Both the position numbers and the translations under genes were made by a program. The notes under the pieces were generated by a model that was not told where the DNA came from, did no database searches, and saw only the letters and a list, made by a program, of their open reading frames with translations. This document shows positions 49,191-61,784 of a DNA stretch of 64,000 nucleotides, piece by piece; position 1 is the stretch's first letter, and every line of letters starts with the position of its first letter. The stretch is from Hemiscyllium ocellatum. Lineage: Eukaryota. The stretch is from positions 30,837,299-30,901,298 of the forward strand of contig NC_083436.1 in assembly GCF_020745735.1 (NCBI RefSeq). Reading direction: 5' to 3'.

Positions 49191-49934
49191 TTCAGAAAGC
49201 ACAGAGGGAAACAACAAATGAACACGCAAAACATGAATATCAAATCATGAATATACCAATATCCTATAGTGTGGTTTCAAGCCATTTGTGAAATTTTCAG
49301 GAGGCATTGATAACATTATGCCATTTAATGTCACTTTCCTAGAGGATCTTGTGGCACAGCTTTAGTGAGACTTGAACCCGCATTAATGTCCCTACCTCTG
49401 ACCCAGGGGTCCTGGATTCAAATCCCAGCTGTGGGTAGCAACATATTTAAAGAGGTTAATTAAGATGATTAATAGTGTTTTCATGTTGAGAACTGGTACT
49501 TGATTTTTAAAATTATATATATTGACCGAGTAATACAGCTATTTCATGAAGAAATCTGTTTTCTTAAACTAGGAGGCAAATATTATCATCTACTTTTCCA
49601 GAACATTTAATTTATTTAACAATCAATTGAATCTTTCTGGTAAAATAATGATGTATTAATCCTTAAATATCAGGGGATGAGGAGCTGCAATGTGATTGTG
49701 AATGTCCAGAACTTGGAGGTAGTTCGTTTCATCTCATACAGATATCTTACTCTTCGCCACATTATTTTAAAAATGCACTGAACTTACAGATTAGTTGCTT
49801 ATTAAGTTCATTCCAGAAAATTAGGACCATTAGTTAATAACATAACCACTCCTTTACTGCTATGATAGTTGTTAATGTAATGCCCGTCAGCCTCTCTGTT
49901 TCATGAAGGTAACAATTTGAATTAGAAGTATTAT

Positions 49935-50047
49935 GGATGCTAGGGATCTGAAATAAAAACTGAAACTGTTGCAGAAGCTCAGCAGATCTGGCAGCATCTG
50001 TGGATAGACACACAATGATAGCATTTTGAGTCCAATATGGCTCTTCA
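49935..50047 (-). mobile_element. Degenerate Penelope terminal fragment, family D
   Basis: GATGCTAGGGATCTGAAATAAAAAC...CTCAGCAGATCTGGCAGCATCTGTGG...TTTTGAGTCCAATATGGCTCTTC. Confidence 0.65.
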
Positions 50048-51170
50048 ATTTAAATAGCTGAAATTCATTCCTATAAATAGCTATAGAAATATTATTTTTA
50101 AAGTTTGAAATATTTTGCGTACTTCTGAAAAAAAACTCGTCAGTTTTTGTATTTCTTCTTAATCAGATGTTTCCTTTCATCTCTGTGGTTTTCTTACCTG
50201 ATTTGATGCTGATTCACCATATTAGGTTGTCTGTCAGTTCTATTTCTTTCTCAATCCTTAACTCTCATCGATTAAAGAGACATAGTGTTGGTCCCAATAT
50301 TCACTAAGGTCCCTGATCTTCCATTGACCGTATTGTCAGTTTATATTTCCAATATCTATGGTGCAGCCATTTTCCTGAACTGATGGGCACAGGAAGAAGT
50401 CAAACCGAATGTGCTGCACCAGCTAGATTTGGTTCATATTGCAAAACTGAACTGTATGAAAGGATAGCACATGTCCCTAGTGCTCATAGGTTCAAGACAA
50501 AGTTTTCCACAGATGGGCTTTGAGTTTACTATCAGCATGGTAAGGAGGCAAATAATATGGTCTACCCTTTAATGGTCATAGTAGAAGTGCCATCTTTAAG
50601 GATCACCTTTATAAGTAAGAGCCCTAGACATAGGTTATTGTTTCTGTGCCTGAGATTCAAGTGTCTAATGCTTGCAAAAGACGTAGTGACTTGGCTTAAT
50701 CTGAAACTGTGAGCCATGTGAGAGTTGGAGGACTAAAATTTGTTAGCACGCAACAGTAGACAGCAATTTGATTTCAAAGGGTCAGACATTGGTTATTATT
50801 GTTACGAGACTTGATGAAATAATTACCTTCTCTTTACTCATATAGTTTCACGGTAATGAGTTGATGAATTACTTCAAACACATATACGATGTGAGACTTT
50901 AACATGAATTCCCTGAAATATGAAAAACATATGGCATCCTGAAAATTTTAATTTTGTCTAATACAGACATCTTTTATTGATATGATCGCCATTTTCTGCC
51001 TAAATAGTTTTTGTACAGCGTGAGCTGACCTATTGCTTTGAAAATTACTAGTGAAAGAAAGAGTTAGGGTTAAGCACATGGGGTCATTGCTGGCTCCCAA
51101 TTTTTAAAAAATCATTTACAGGATGTGGGTGTGACTGGTTAAGCCAACATTTATTGCCCAGAGAGCAATT

Positions 51171-51500
51171 GGGGAGACACAGTGGCTCAGCAGTTAGTAC
51201 TATAGCTTCATAGCACCAGGGACCACAGCCTCAGGTGACTGTCTGTGTGGAGTTTGTATATTTTCCCCATGTCTGCATGGGTTTCCTCTGGGTGCTCCAG
51301 TTTCCTCCCACAGTCCAAAGTTAAGCAGGTTAGGTGGACTGACCATGTTAAGTTGCCCAAAGTATCCAGGGATGTGCAGGCTAGATGGATTAGCCATAGG
51401 AAATGCAGGGGTATGGTAGGGGAGTGGGTCTGGGTGGGATGCTCATCAGAGGCTTGGTGCAGACTTAGTGGCCTCTTGGCACGCCATAGGGATTCTATGA
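51171..51500 (+). mobile_element. HE1-like V-SINE, diverged
   Basis: V-domain GTGTGGAGTTTGTATATTTTCCCCATGTCTGCATGGGTTTCC. Confidence 0.85.
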
Positions 51501-53011
51501 ATTAAAAGTCAACCACATTGCTATGGGACTGGAATCATATATATGTCAGTGGTTTCCTTCCCTAAATGCAACAAATTGGCTTTTCTATAAACAATCATTA
51601 ATGATTCTGAATTGTTATTAAATTCAAATTCCACTATTTATCATGGTGGGATTTAACCAGGATCATCAGAATATTGCCTGAGTGTCTGGATTACTAGCTG
51701 AGTGAGCCATCACCTCCCCTATCATCTGATATCATCGTCTAGAATCAAAACACAGCAAGGTTTTTGTCCAACTGTTAACAAAAAGAGCTTGAAATTCAGT
51801 TAACAAGAAGCATTAATTTGCTTCATTTTGCTTGTGTGTGACCCTTAATTGCCCCAGTGACAGCATTCATGAGTCAGGAAGATATGTGGTTAAATCTCAA
51901 TCCAGAGTTGACACTATGAAGTTGAGGAAGTTTTACACTGTCTTCTCTCTCATGTGGGTTTGAAAGATTATTTGCACTATCTGAAGAAGAATTTATCAGC
52001 AATTTATCCCTCAACTACCGACACTGAAACAGATTTGCTGTTCACTGATCATTGTTGGATGTGAGAGCTTGCTGCGTACTAATTGACTGTTGTGGTTTCT
52101 TGAAGGAAATTGGGAGAACATTATCCTTTGAGCAGAAACATAAATTTGTGAAAGCTGGTCTTGCTGGATGATATGCTGAGAAATTGTCATGCACAAATAA
52201 ATATAGATGATGGAAATAGAAAATTGTGTATATCTACCACTAAATAAATACAGCAAATACTGAAAACCTGTTCTGTGCCTTTTCCAATATCCTGATACCC
52301 CTCTAATGCTGAATGAATTTGAGGAGGGGTTTTGACTCCAAATGCAGACCATCCAACTAGTTGCTTCATTACCTCTCACCTTCAGTCAACCACCCAGTCC
52401 TTTCTTCTCAAACTTCTCAAGTCCCTCACTAACATTTTCTCAAGATTTGTTAACTGCTCTCCAAAGACTCTCTTGACCCAGTTCCTGATTCAATTACTCC
52501 TTCTCCTTAAGTGTTGTTGCACCAATTATTAGAACTTCTATTGTCCTCTTCCTCAAAAGGCCCACTCTCAATTCCACGCAGACATGGGGAGAGTGAGCAA
52601 ACTCCACACAGTCACCCAAGGGCGGGATCGAACCCAGGTTCCTGTCACCCTTAACAAGATCATAGTTTGACCACATTTGGGAATGCTCTGCATAAATGAA
52701 GCGTAACATCTTATTTCTGTAATAAAGGATAATATTCCATTTTTCTACTGAATCACTTGCACTTTTTCTAACGCACGCACGAAAACATCTCGATGCCTCT
52801 GCGCCTTAGAATTCTACCGTCACTTTTCATTCAAATAATACTGTTTTATTGTTCCTGCCAAAGTGAGCAATTTCACATTTTTCCACACTATACTCCATTT
52901 GCCAGATTTTTGCCGCTCACTCAGCCTATTATCAATCTGCATTCCTGTTATCTTCACCAGACACTTTACAAAATCTCTTTGTACCACCTGTAACACTAAT
53001 TACTATGTCCC

Positions 53012-53430
53012 TATTTGGAGGTGCTGGTGTTGGGCTGGGGTGTACAAAGTTAAAAAATACACAACACCAGTTTATAATCCAACAAGTTTATTTGGAAGCA
53101 CTAGTTTTTGGAGTGCTGCTCTTTCATCATGGTCTTCCAACATGACAGCTATTGTTAAAGTTCACTTGAGAATGTAACTTTAAACAAAAGTTCTGGGGAT
53201 TTACATATGAAAGAACTGGTTATTCTAAAAGATGAGAGACTTAACAAACACTCCAGGTCTTTTTCAATATATAATTTCAGTCACCTCACACTGTAAACTT
53301 TTGCTATAAATTCTGTGTTTTACAATCTTATACTCCACAACCACCTGATGAAGGAGCAGCGCTCTGAAAGCTAGTGCTTTCAAATAAACCTGTTGGACTA
53401 TAACCTGGTGTTGTGTGATTTTTAACTTTG
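53012..53430. mobile_element. Penelope insertion, family B, inverted termini; HHR at 53342-53376 (+)
   Basis: The left arm (53045-53132) is a decayed reverse complement of the right arm. CAC-CTGATGA-A-GGAGC-agc-GCTCT-GAAA-GC-TA-GTG. Confidence 0.85.
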
Positions 53431-54273
53431 CATTATGTACTCATTCCCCTTATCTTCATCACTGACATAAATTGTAGATATTTGAGAGTAGTGGACAAAT
53501 CACTAATGAGTCTAAACTGAAGTGATACTTGTCTTTGTTAACAAAATGGTTTATTGCATGAAAACAATTTATATAATTTACTTTACTAGTCAAGCATAAT
53601 TATCATGACTCTCAGGAACTGTATAGAACACATCTGCTCCCATTGAAAGGTAGTGTAGAACTCCCCTATCTCCACCATATTTGTAGAGTTCAATGTAACA
53701 CAAAAACTACCTCCTTCAGAACAATTCCTTTAGTAATCACTGGCACTTCTGCAACACCCCATTTTTATCCCAGAATTGGTGCCTGTGGCTTCAGCTGCCT
53801 TACCACCTTGCCCTAGAAAAATCCTCCAGTTCTCCCTGGCCTTTTTCTCTTTGAAAATTATCCTTTAATACCTACTTCATCTTGTGCTTTAAGTCAATAC
53901 TGCTATCTACTGATTGAAATAACAGTCTGAAGTATCTTGGCCATGGATGTTATGACTCTGATTATTTACATCACCACGACATACATGAATCTCATTATAC
54001 CATGACACTCACCTCTTTCAGCAAGTTTTTAGATACCCCTGCTTAAATTATTTCCAATGTCAAACTAACTGTTTAAAATAATTGTGCCTGTTAAAATCCA
54101 AGGAGATTTCTCTATGTCAAAGGTACTGTATAAATGCAAGTGAATTAGTTGTTGCATTCTGCAGTTGCATGTTTTTACTGTATCTGTGTTGCTTTTCATA
54201 TTTGTCTGAGCAGCAATAGCCAATATTTTTTCACTGATTACAGATCTGATTGTATGGCACAGTTCTCAGTATT

Positions 54274-54324
54274 GGGAGAAAGTGAGGACTGCAGATGCTG
54301 GAAAGTCCAGCACCACACTTTTTG
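54274..54324. mobile_element. Collapsed family A fold-back element (termini only)
   Basis: TSD ACAGTT(C/A)TCAG(T/C)ATT at 54259-54273 and 54325-54339. GAGAAAGTGAGGACTGCAGATGCTGGA is joined to TCCAGCACCACAC. Confidence 0.7.
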
Positions 54325-54772
54325 ACAGTTATCAGCATTCACTGATAACTAAATGCTGTTATAGTTTATTTACACAGAATAGTCACTTTAAGTGAATGCA
54401 CGTGAGGCAGAGTTACACTATTATGTGTGTTGTAAATGTGTAAACTCTGCTGTTACTCTATTCTATGAGCTAGCTGGACTTGTGGTTACCATAAAGTAGA
54501 TTTGCTGCCACCATCTTCCTTTTAGTTGGGATCTACAGAGCCTGCTGTGTCCAGGGAGATAGAGGAAAACCACTGCATATTTTAACAAGAGGCTTTTGTC
54601 TTGAACAAGATGTAGTTTATTGCATGGTAGCAATCAGGTATAGGTTCTTGGTATTAAGACCTGGATTCAGAACCTAATGTCTACCATTCCAATTTTGACC
54701 AGACTGGGTAGAGCTTAAACCAGTTTTCACCTTTAACACTTTAACCAATTGTCTGATACAACAGCTCCACCA

Positions 54773-54773
<1 letters not shown>

Positions 54774-54812
<39 letters not shown>
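54774..54812. repeat. (TG)n microsatellite
   Basis: Read directly from the sequence. Confidence 0.95.
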
Positions 54813-54816
<4 letters not shown>

Positions 54817-56114
54817 GGGGTGCACCGAGTTGGTTGTGGTGGGAGATAATTGGTTGGCCTTTGACTTGAGAACTATTAATCTTGATTATGTTCTGGATTC
54901 TATGAAGCCTATAAAATCTCTACCCACTGGAGAATCTTTTATCTCTTGGATGTCCTTTGAGGAAGTTATGGTGCCTGCTGAATCAGAGAAGTCATCCCAT
55001 CTAGTGGATCCTTAATGCCCCGAACATCTTCATGGAAAGCAGATGCCATCTTGGTACAGTTATTTTCTTCCTAGACAGTATCCTGGATTTCTGAACCAGG
55101 CAATTTCTTCTTGACCACATCCTGAATCTGTGGCTGGTGGTAAGCCAGTATTGGTAGTGGCTTCCAAGCAACCATATGCAATTTACTTTCAATGCGTGCA
55201 ACCAAATTTTTATTTTTAATCTGCTCACCTATCAGTGCTAAAGTAAAAAGACTCTGTACTTGTTAGATGCTTGCATTTGTCAACATTTGTTCGGTGATCA
55301 CTTTACTGGTTAACCCAACATATTCAGTTCAGTCCACTTGAGGATTGCTAATTACATAGAATGGCCACTGCTACAGGTATTGATGATTCTTCGTTGGAAG
55401 AACAGAAATGTTTTCTACTTGGACTTTTATTAACATCTGAAATCGGATTTGAATCTCCCCGAATAACTTGTTCACTAAATAATGTTGCAATGGAGTGGAA
55501 AACATTTCTGCTAATCCTGTATAGTCATTGATTCACAATCAGCTATCAGCTCTTCAATATTTTTGGAGATTACAGGCTGAAAAACTTATTGGGTTCTGGC
55601 TGTTTTTCCCGAGTCTATTATTTTGGCTATATAGTTGCAACATTATAGACTGTAAAGTGTGCTTCCTTACCCATGAAATATAATCTGATAATGAGTATCA
55701 ATTTAAAATTAGTCACATATCCATTGACATAAATTGCTTCTTGCCAAAATGAAGTTGCTGAATCTCCAATTATTCGTTGGAATGGATTGGATGATTGTTC
55801 TATTGCAGGTTGTTATACCTTGTAACGTTATTGTGTGAGGAACTCTTGACTTTTTGCTGCTCTGTAACTGTGTTCTACATCTGCAGTGACCCATTGTTAT
55901 ACAAATATAGCATTCATTATTAATAGCTAGACATGATTCCTGTGAAATTTGAGAACTGACACTCACATTTAGTATCTGCAACTTGGCCTTCTGTGTATAT
56001 TGACTTCTCAGGTGTGTCCTTAGGGCTTTGTACATTACAAAAGGATTGGATTCTACACATCACCTGTGATAAGGTTGATTTTCTCCTCTTCAAATTGATA
56101 GCTGTAGATTTAGT

Positions 56115-56963
56115 AAAATCGACGTTTCGGGCAAAAGCCCTTCATCAGGAATACAGGCAGAGAGCCTGAAGGGTGGAGAGATAAGTGAGAGGAGGGTGAG
56201 GGTGGGGAGAAAGTAGCATAGAGTACAATGGGTGAGTGGGGGAGGGGATGAAGGTGATAGGTCAGGGGGGTGGAGTGGATAGGTGGAAAAGAAGATAGGC
56301 AGGTAGGACAAGTCATGGGGACAGTGCTGAGCTGGAAGTTTGGAACTGAGGTGAGGTGGGGGAAGAGGAAATGAGGAGTGAGTTTGTTTCAGGACATGGT
56401 TGAAGAGCGTCAGGGCAGAGGAAATGACCTGGGAGTTGCAGTGGGAGAGGGACTCCCTGAGATTCTTGTAGAGAGAGGAGGAAAACTTCTTCAAGGCAGG
56501 CATCCTTGCAAGAGGATTCGCAGTAGGGTTAAAATCAACAAGGTAAAAACAATGACTGCAGATCTCCCACCCAGAGTACACTTTGCACCCTTACCACCAT
56601 CAGTGCTTCCTCCAAGTGTTGTTCAACATTCCAAACTTCCAGCTCAGCACTGTCCCCATGACTTGTCCTACCTGCCTATCTTCTTTTCCACCTATCCACT
56701 CCACCCTTTCCCCCCCCCACCGACCTATCCTCTTCATCCCCTCCCCCACTCACCTATTGTACTCTATGCTACTTTCTCCCCACCCCCACCCTCCTCTCAC
56801 TTATCTCTCCATCCTTCAGGCTCTCTGCCTGTATTCCTGGTGAATGGCTTTTGCCCAAAACGTCGATTTTACTGCTCCTCGGATGCTGCCTGAACTGCTG
56901 TGCTCTTCCAGCACCACTAATCCAGAATCTAGTTTCCAGCATCTGCAGTCATTGTTTTTACCC
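56115..56963. mobile_element. Large Penelope insertion, family A, with inverted arms of about 230 bp and the ORF N-terminus
   Basis: 15-bp TSD AGCTGTAGATTTAGT at 56100-56114 and 56964-56978. Arms at 56115-56345 and 56629-56872. Minus-strand ATG at 56503 gives MPALKKFSSSLYKNLRESLSHCNSQVISSALTLFNHVLKQTH. Confidence 0.9.
56119..56150 (-). ncRNA. Minimal hammerhead ribozyme motif (family A, intact core)
   Basis: Minus strand reads TC-CTGATGA-A-GGGC-tttt-GCCC-GAAA-CG-TC-GA. Confidence 0.8.
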
Positions 56964-58978
56964 AGCTGTAGATTTAGTGTCTGGTTTGAAAGCAGTTCTG
57001 TATCTTAAGAACTGTTTTCTCCAAGACGTTTAATTCTGTATTCTATTTAACCCATCTCTGAAAATAATTTTCCTGACAATATTATTCTTCTGCCATTTCT
57101 TTAAATCAATTTAAATGTTCATTTTATTTTAAAGCTTTTATTTACGGAATATATTAACACTGGGTTATTCTATTTGCTGTTAAAATCTGCTGCTAGACCG
57201 ATTCGGTTTCATTTTCTTTCTCTTGGAAGTATTTTGATTCTGCAAGATAGCAATGCTGTTTTATTATCCTTGCTTTAAAGGTTTTTAATTCTGCAGTAAA
57301 GCAATACCAATTCTCTGTAGTGCTGTTTTGGAAGGTTTGCCCATGGTTATGTAGTTCAAAACAAGAGGATTCCTTTTTTCTGTCACTGAAATGTAAGATT
57401 CCTGCATTGTGGAGCCTGATAAATGATACTTCACCTTTTTAGCTGTTTCATGAAATGAATTGTTCTACCTGAGATTCTAAAGCTGAATTGCTTTCTCTTT
57501 ACAACTTTCTGTAGATAATTCATGCTGTCCATAGCACTTGTAATAATGCCCAAAACCTTATAACTTTAATGAAGATTCCCCTTCACTTTAATGGCTTCTC
57601 TGAATGAACTCTGGATTCTTGCAGCTTAATGCCTTCCTCTCTAAGTGTAGCTTCAGTTATGGATCTCCTGCACTCATAATGGCCTCTATAGTCTCCAGTA
57701 TGTTTTTTTTCTGTTAGAATTTGTCTGCTTAGCCTTCTAAATTGCTCATCATTGTTTGAACTCTGGCTTTGTGATGATCCCAGTGCGATAAATTTAGCAT
57801 AAGTTGTTTCTATTCCCCCAGTGCAATGCTTGTGCAACCATTCCTCATTGTAGTAGCCAATGCTTGCTCTGAGCTGTAAGCACTTTTTATGCTTCTAGCT
57901 TCTTCAGTTTGTAAATCTGCTGCATTTTAAAGTTTTCCACTTTGTCCACCAGGGATTTCAACTTTCTGGTTGAACCTCTAAATAGGGACTGAAGCTCTTG
58001 CAGTTCATTCGTATCTGATATAATCTGTAATTGCTAAATGTGGCTAGTTTGTGCAGCTTCTTGCTCATACTTATTTCCACACTTCTCTTACCAGGTCAGA
58101 AATGCTTTCAGCATTGAGTCTCCCTTGTTGAATTTTGCCGCAAGTTTGTCCACTCCAAGCTGTTTGGTTGTTTAGCTCCTTCTGCTGCTAATGTCTACCC
58201 TGTAGCTTTAACTGGATTTTTTTCTAGGTTTGATGGAATTTGTTCTATACAGCTAAATCGAGTTCCAATCAACACAGCTGTATATCACGTTGTATTGATA
58301 CAGGTCTCAGTATAAAGGTCTCAGTCTCCGTCTTGCTGCAGCCACTGGCATATACATGCTACCAAATCACTCAACTAGCTTAGATATGGTGTTGCTTGTG
58401 ATTGTAATGTATGTAGCTCTCAGGAATTGTAATACAAGTCTATTGAAGCTTTCAGCACTATGTTATCCAGGTCTAGTTGCTATGTTATGGGAGTCAACAC
58501 AGGTATCTCTTTGTCATACACTAATATCCTGCTGAAGGTCAGGAGACAACATTAGCATCAGCAGCAGACTATAAGGGCAGATTAGATCAGGTCTATCTCC
58601 TTCAATATCTAGAGGTGTGCTGCCTTTCCCCATTCAAATCCTTATGATGTCATCAGATTGGATGGAACTTAATGCAGTGTTCAGCATTAACTCTTTCTGA
58701 ACCATACAGTATCTTCTCTCTATATAAAATATTGTGCCCTGAGTCAGGTAGGGAAGTGGCAGAAAAATATGGCACCTGGCCCACCACATGTGACAGCTGG
58801 TAGGGCTTTTGCTTCCCACACTGTCTTAATTGCTGCCGATGCTTGCAACTTTGTGAGATAGTGAAGTGTAGTGTCCTGAGTCAAGGTAGGTGTGTAATGA
58901 CAGAATGGCAGAATTATTACCACATGGAAAGAGACAAATCAGTTCATCCTGTTTGTGCCAGCTCTCCATAGGAGCAGT

Positions 58979-59289
58979 TTAGATTAGATTACTTACAGTG
59001 TGGAAACAGGTCCTTCGGCCCAACAAGTCCACACCGACCCACCGAAGCGCAACCCACCCATACCCCTACATTTACCTCTTACCTAACACTACGGGCAATT
59101 TAGCATGGCCAATTCACCTGACCCGCACATCTTTGGACTGTGGGAGGAAACTGGAGCACCCGGAGGAAACCCACACAGACACGGGGAGAACGTGCAAACT
59201 CCACACAGTCAGTCGCCTGAGTCGGGAATCGAACCCGGGTCTCAGGCGCTGTGAGACAGCAGTGCTAACCACTGTGTCACCGTGCCACC
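58979..59289 (-). mobile_element. HE1-like V-SINE, young full-length copy
   Basis: Near-identical reverse complement of 7450-7766. Confidence 0.92.
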
Positions 59290-60834
59290 CACCAACTTTG
59301 AGCTACTTCGAGCTACACTCCTTCCTTCCCCCACTTTTCCCGAACATTCATCCTTTCCAGATAACAATCCTATTCCCAGGTCATCACTTCAAGAACCTGC
59401 CTCTACTATGCCCTCAGGCATTGCCTTCCATATCCATATGAAGGCTTCTTTTCCTGCCAGTTTGGAATGGAATCTTACCATCTGGGGTCTTCGCTTGGAC
59501 TGAGGAAAAAGTTTGGTTTGCTTTTAAATGGATCATTTCAACCAAATGGTCAGGAAACCGACAGCATCCAATCAGCCATCCAATTTAAACCATTGGTTAA
59601 AATAATTGTTGTTGACTTTTGATCAGCCAAACTCTGCCTGGTCTCCATATTTGTTTTTAACGTGGACAAACATGTGTCCTCTGTTCACTCAACATGGACA
59701 CTGGGGAGTCAACCCTTCCCTCATCTTGACACCTTTGACACTGCGTTGTTCATATTTAAATTTCACTGCACTTTATATGAGGTAGTAGGTTGGCCAGCCA
59801 CTATAAAAGGCTAGCTAGAGGTTGACATACAGCAAAGGAATGCTGGAGGGCTAGTGAAAGAGCATTCTCTCCATTTTTATCCCCTCCCCCAGCAGCCCAC
59901 CGCCCCCCCCCCCCCCCGCCCCCACTTGTCTGCCTTCTCCACTGTTTTAGCATCACCAGTCATGCGAAGGGAATCTACCTTATAAACTGCTACAAGTGCA
60001 ATAAATGATTGATGTGCACAGAAAGTAATTACAGAGAATGCTTTTGCATGGGGGGAGCAGACACCAGGGTTCCCTGCAGATATCTGAGATAATAAATTTC
60101 CTTGCAGTTAAATAACATTCACAGTGCACATAATTAAAGTTCTGGAAGGATTGTTTTATGTATAATTTAGACTAAGCCAAGCAAATCTTTGGTTTCTGCA
60201 TCTCGGAGATTTAAGCAGAAGCAATGAGGGATGCAGAAACAACACAGAGTCCCTGTATATCATGTTGTAGGATCATATTGTTAACTATTTGAGTAGATGT
60301 TCTAGAGAATAGCTTGGTAACTAGCAATGGAATCATTGACTCCCATTGAGCGGACAAATGTTTCATATTCAGACTCGGCTAATGTTTGAAATGGTGCTGG
60401 TCTTACCTGAGGTTTGCTGCGAAGTGGAGGAGAACATATCAGTCTTTGTGGGATACTTCAAAGAATTGTTATGGCACCGCAGGAGGCCAGTTGTACCATT
60501 TTGTCTGTGATGGATCTCCAAATACGTAACTCACCAAATGTTATTCCCCATCTTCTCTCCATGGTCCATCACATTCCGTCTTTTCAGATAATAATCCAAT
60601 TCGCCCCTGAGTGTCTCAATTCAACCTGTCTTCGCCATTTGGGGCCTACAGACATTTTCAAGGCTTGATTGGGTGTTGAAGAGTGTGACAATAGAATATC
60701 TAATCTCACGATTCCATTGCTTGTTATGGTTTTAATCTTCTCTTTGTGATCTTCCTGCCTGAGCCACACCATGCCAGCTGGCCAATGTCTCACCAAAACA
60801 ACTGATTCATATTGTGTTTCAACGGGAGACTCAA

Positions 60835-61320
60835 ATGAAATAAAAACAAAAATAAAATACTAGGAACTACGCAGCAGGTCAGGCAGCATCCATGGAGAGA
60901 GAAACATTCAGGTCAGGGACCTTTCGTCCAAACTGAATGTGATAACAATGGAATAGGATTTGAACAATGGAGAGGAGAATTGGACACAAGAACAAAAGGT
61001 TGAAAGGCAGAAGAGGTCAATTAACAAAAGATTTCATGCTAAAAAAGATAAAGGGAGTAAATGGTCATAATAAAGAAACGAAGATCTGTCCCGAGTGGGT
61101 GTAGATGGCAGTATAATGATCTACTGTGCGCAAAAGTAACAGCAGGAGAAACAATGTTCAGACTGATACATGCAAAAGCTAAACAGAAACTAATTGAGGG
61201 GATAGACTTTGTAGTTTGAAATTATTGTTACTGAATGTTGAGTCCAGGAGGTTGCAAAGTGACTAACTGAAAGATGGGATGCTGTTCTTTGAGCTTTTTT
61301 GCATCACCGCAGCAGACCAA
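60835..61320 (-). mobile_element. Old Penelope-like 3' fragment
   Basis: GCAGCAGGTCAGGCAGCATCCATGGAGAGAGAAAC terminal motif followed by a purine-rich decayed UTR. Confidence 0.5.
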
Positions 61321-61784
61321 GGCTAGAGAAATCAGAATGGAAGAAAGGGTTAAAATGGTAAACCATTAGAAGGTTAGGTTTATATTATGGACAAAACACA
61401 GGCATTCAAATGAAAAATAAAACAACAGACTACGTAAATGCCAGGTGATAATCATCTCCAACAAGCTAGAGAATAAATATCTCCCCTGTCCTTTAATAGC
61501 AATCCCTGCCATCAAAATCCTGATGTTCACTATTAACCAGCAACTGAGCTAGACCATCCATATGAAAACTGTGACCACAGGAGCACATCAACGATAGGAC
61601 TTCAGGGCAAGTAACTCATCTCCTGACTTCCAAAGACTATTCACCATCTTCAAATCACAAGTCAGGAGTCCTGTGGAAAGCTCAACACTGGATCAGTAAA
61701 ACTCTAAGAAAACTGAAGAAACCCGACACATCAGGAGAAAATAGATTACTTTATTGACACTCCATGTCATCAACTTCACCAGTT

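Noticed and set aside
54850-58500. Possible ancient Gypsy-like coding remnant on the minus strand (strand skew, faint integrase-like words near 55450)
   Set aside because: No continuous frame or convincing motif by eye. It would need a translated HMM search.
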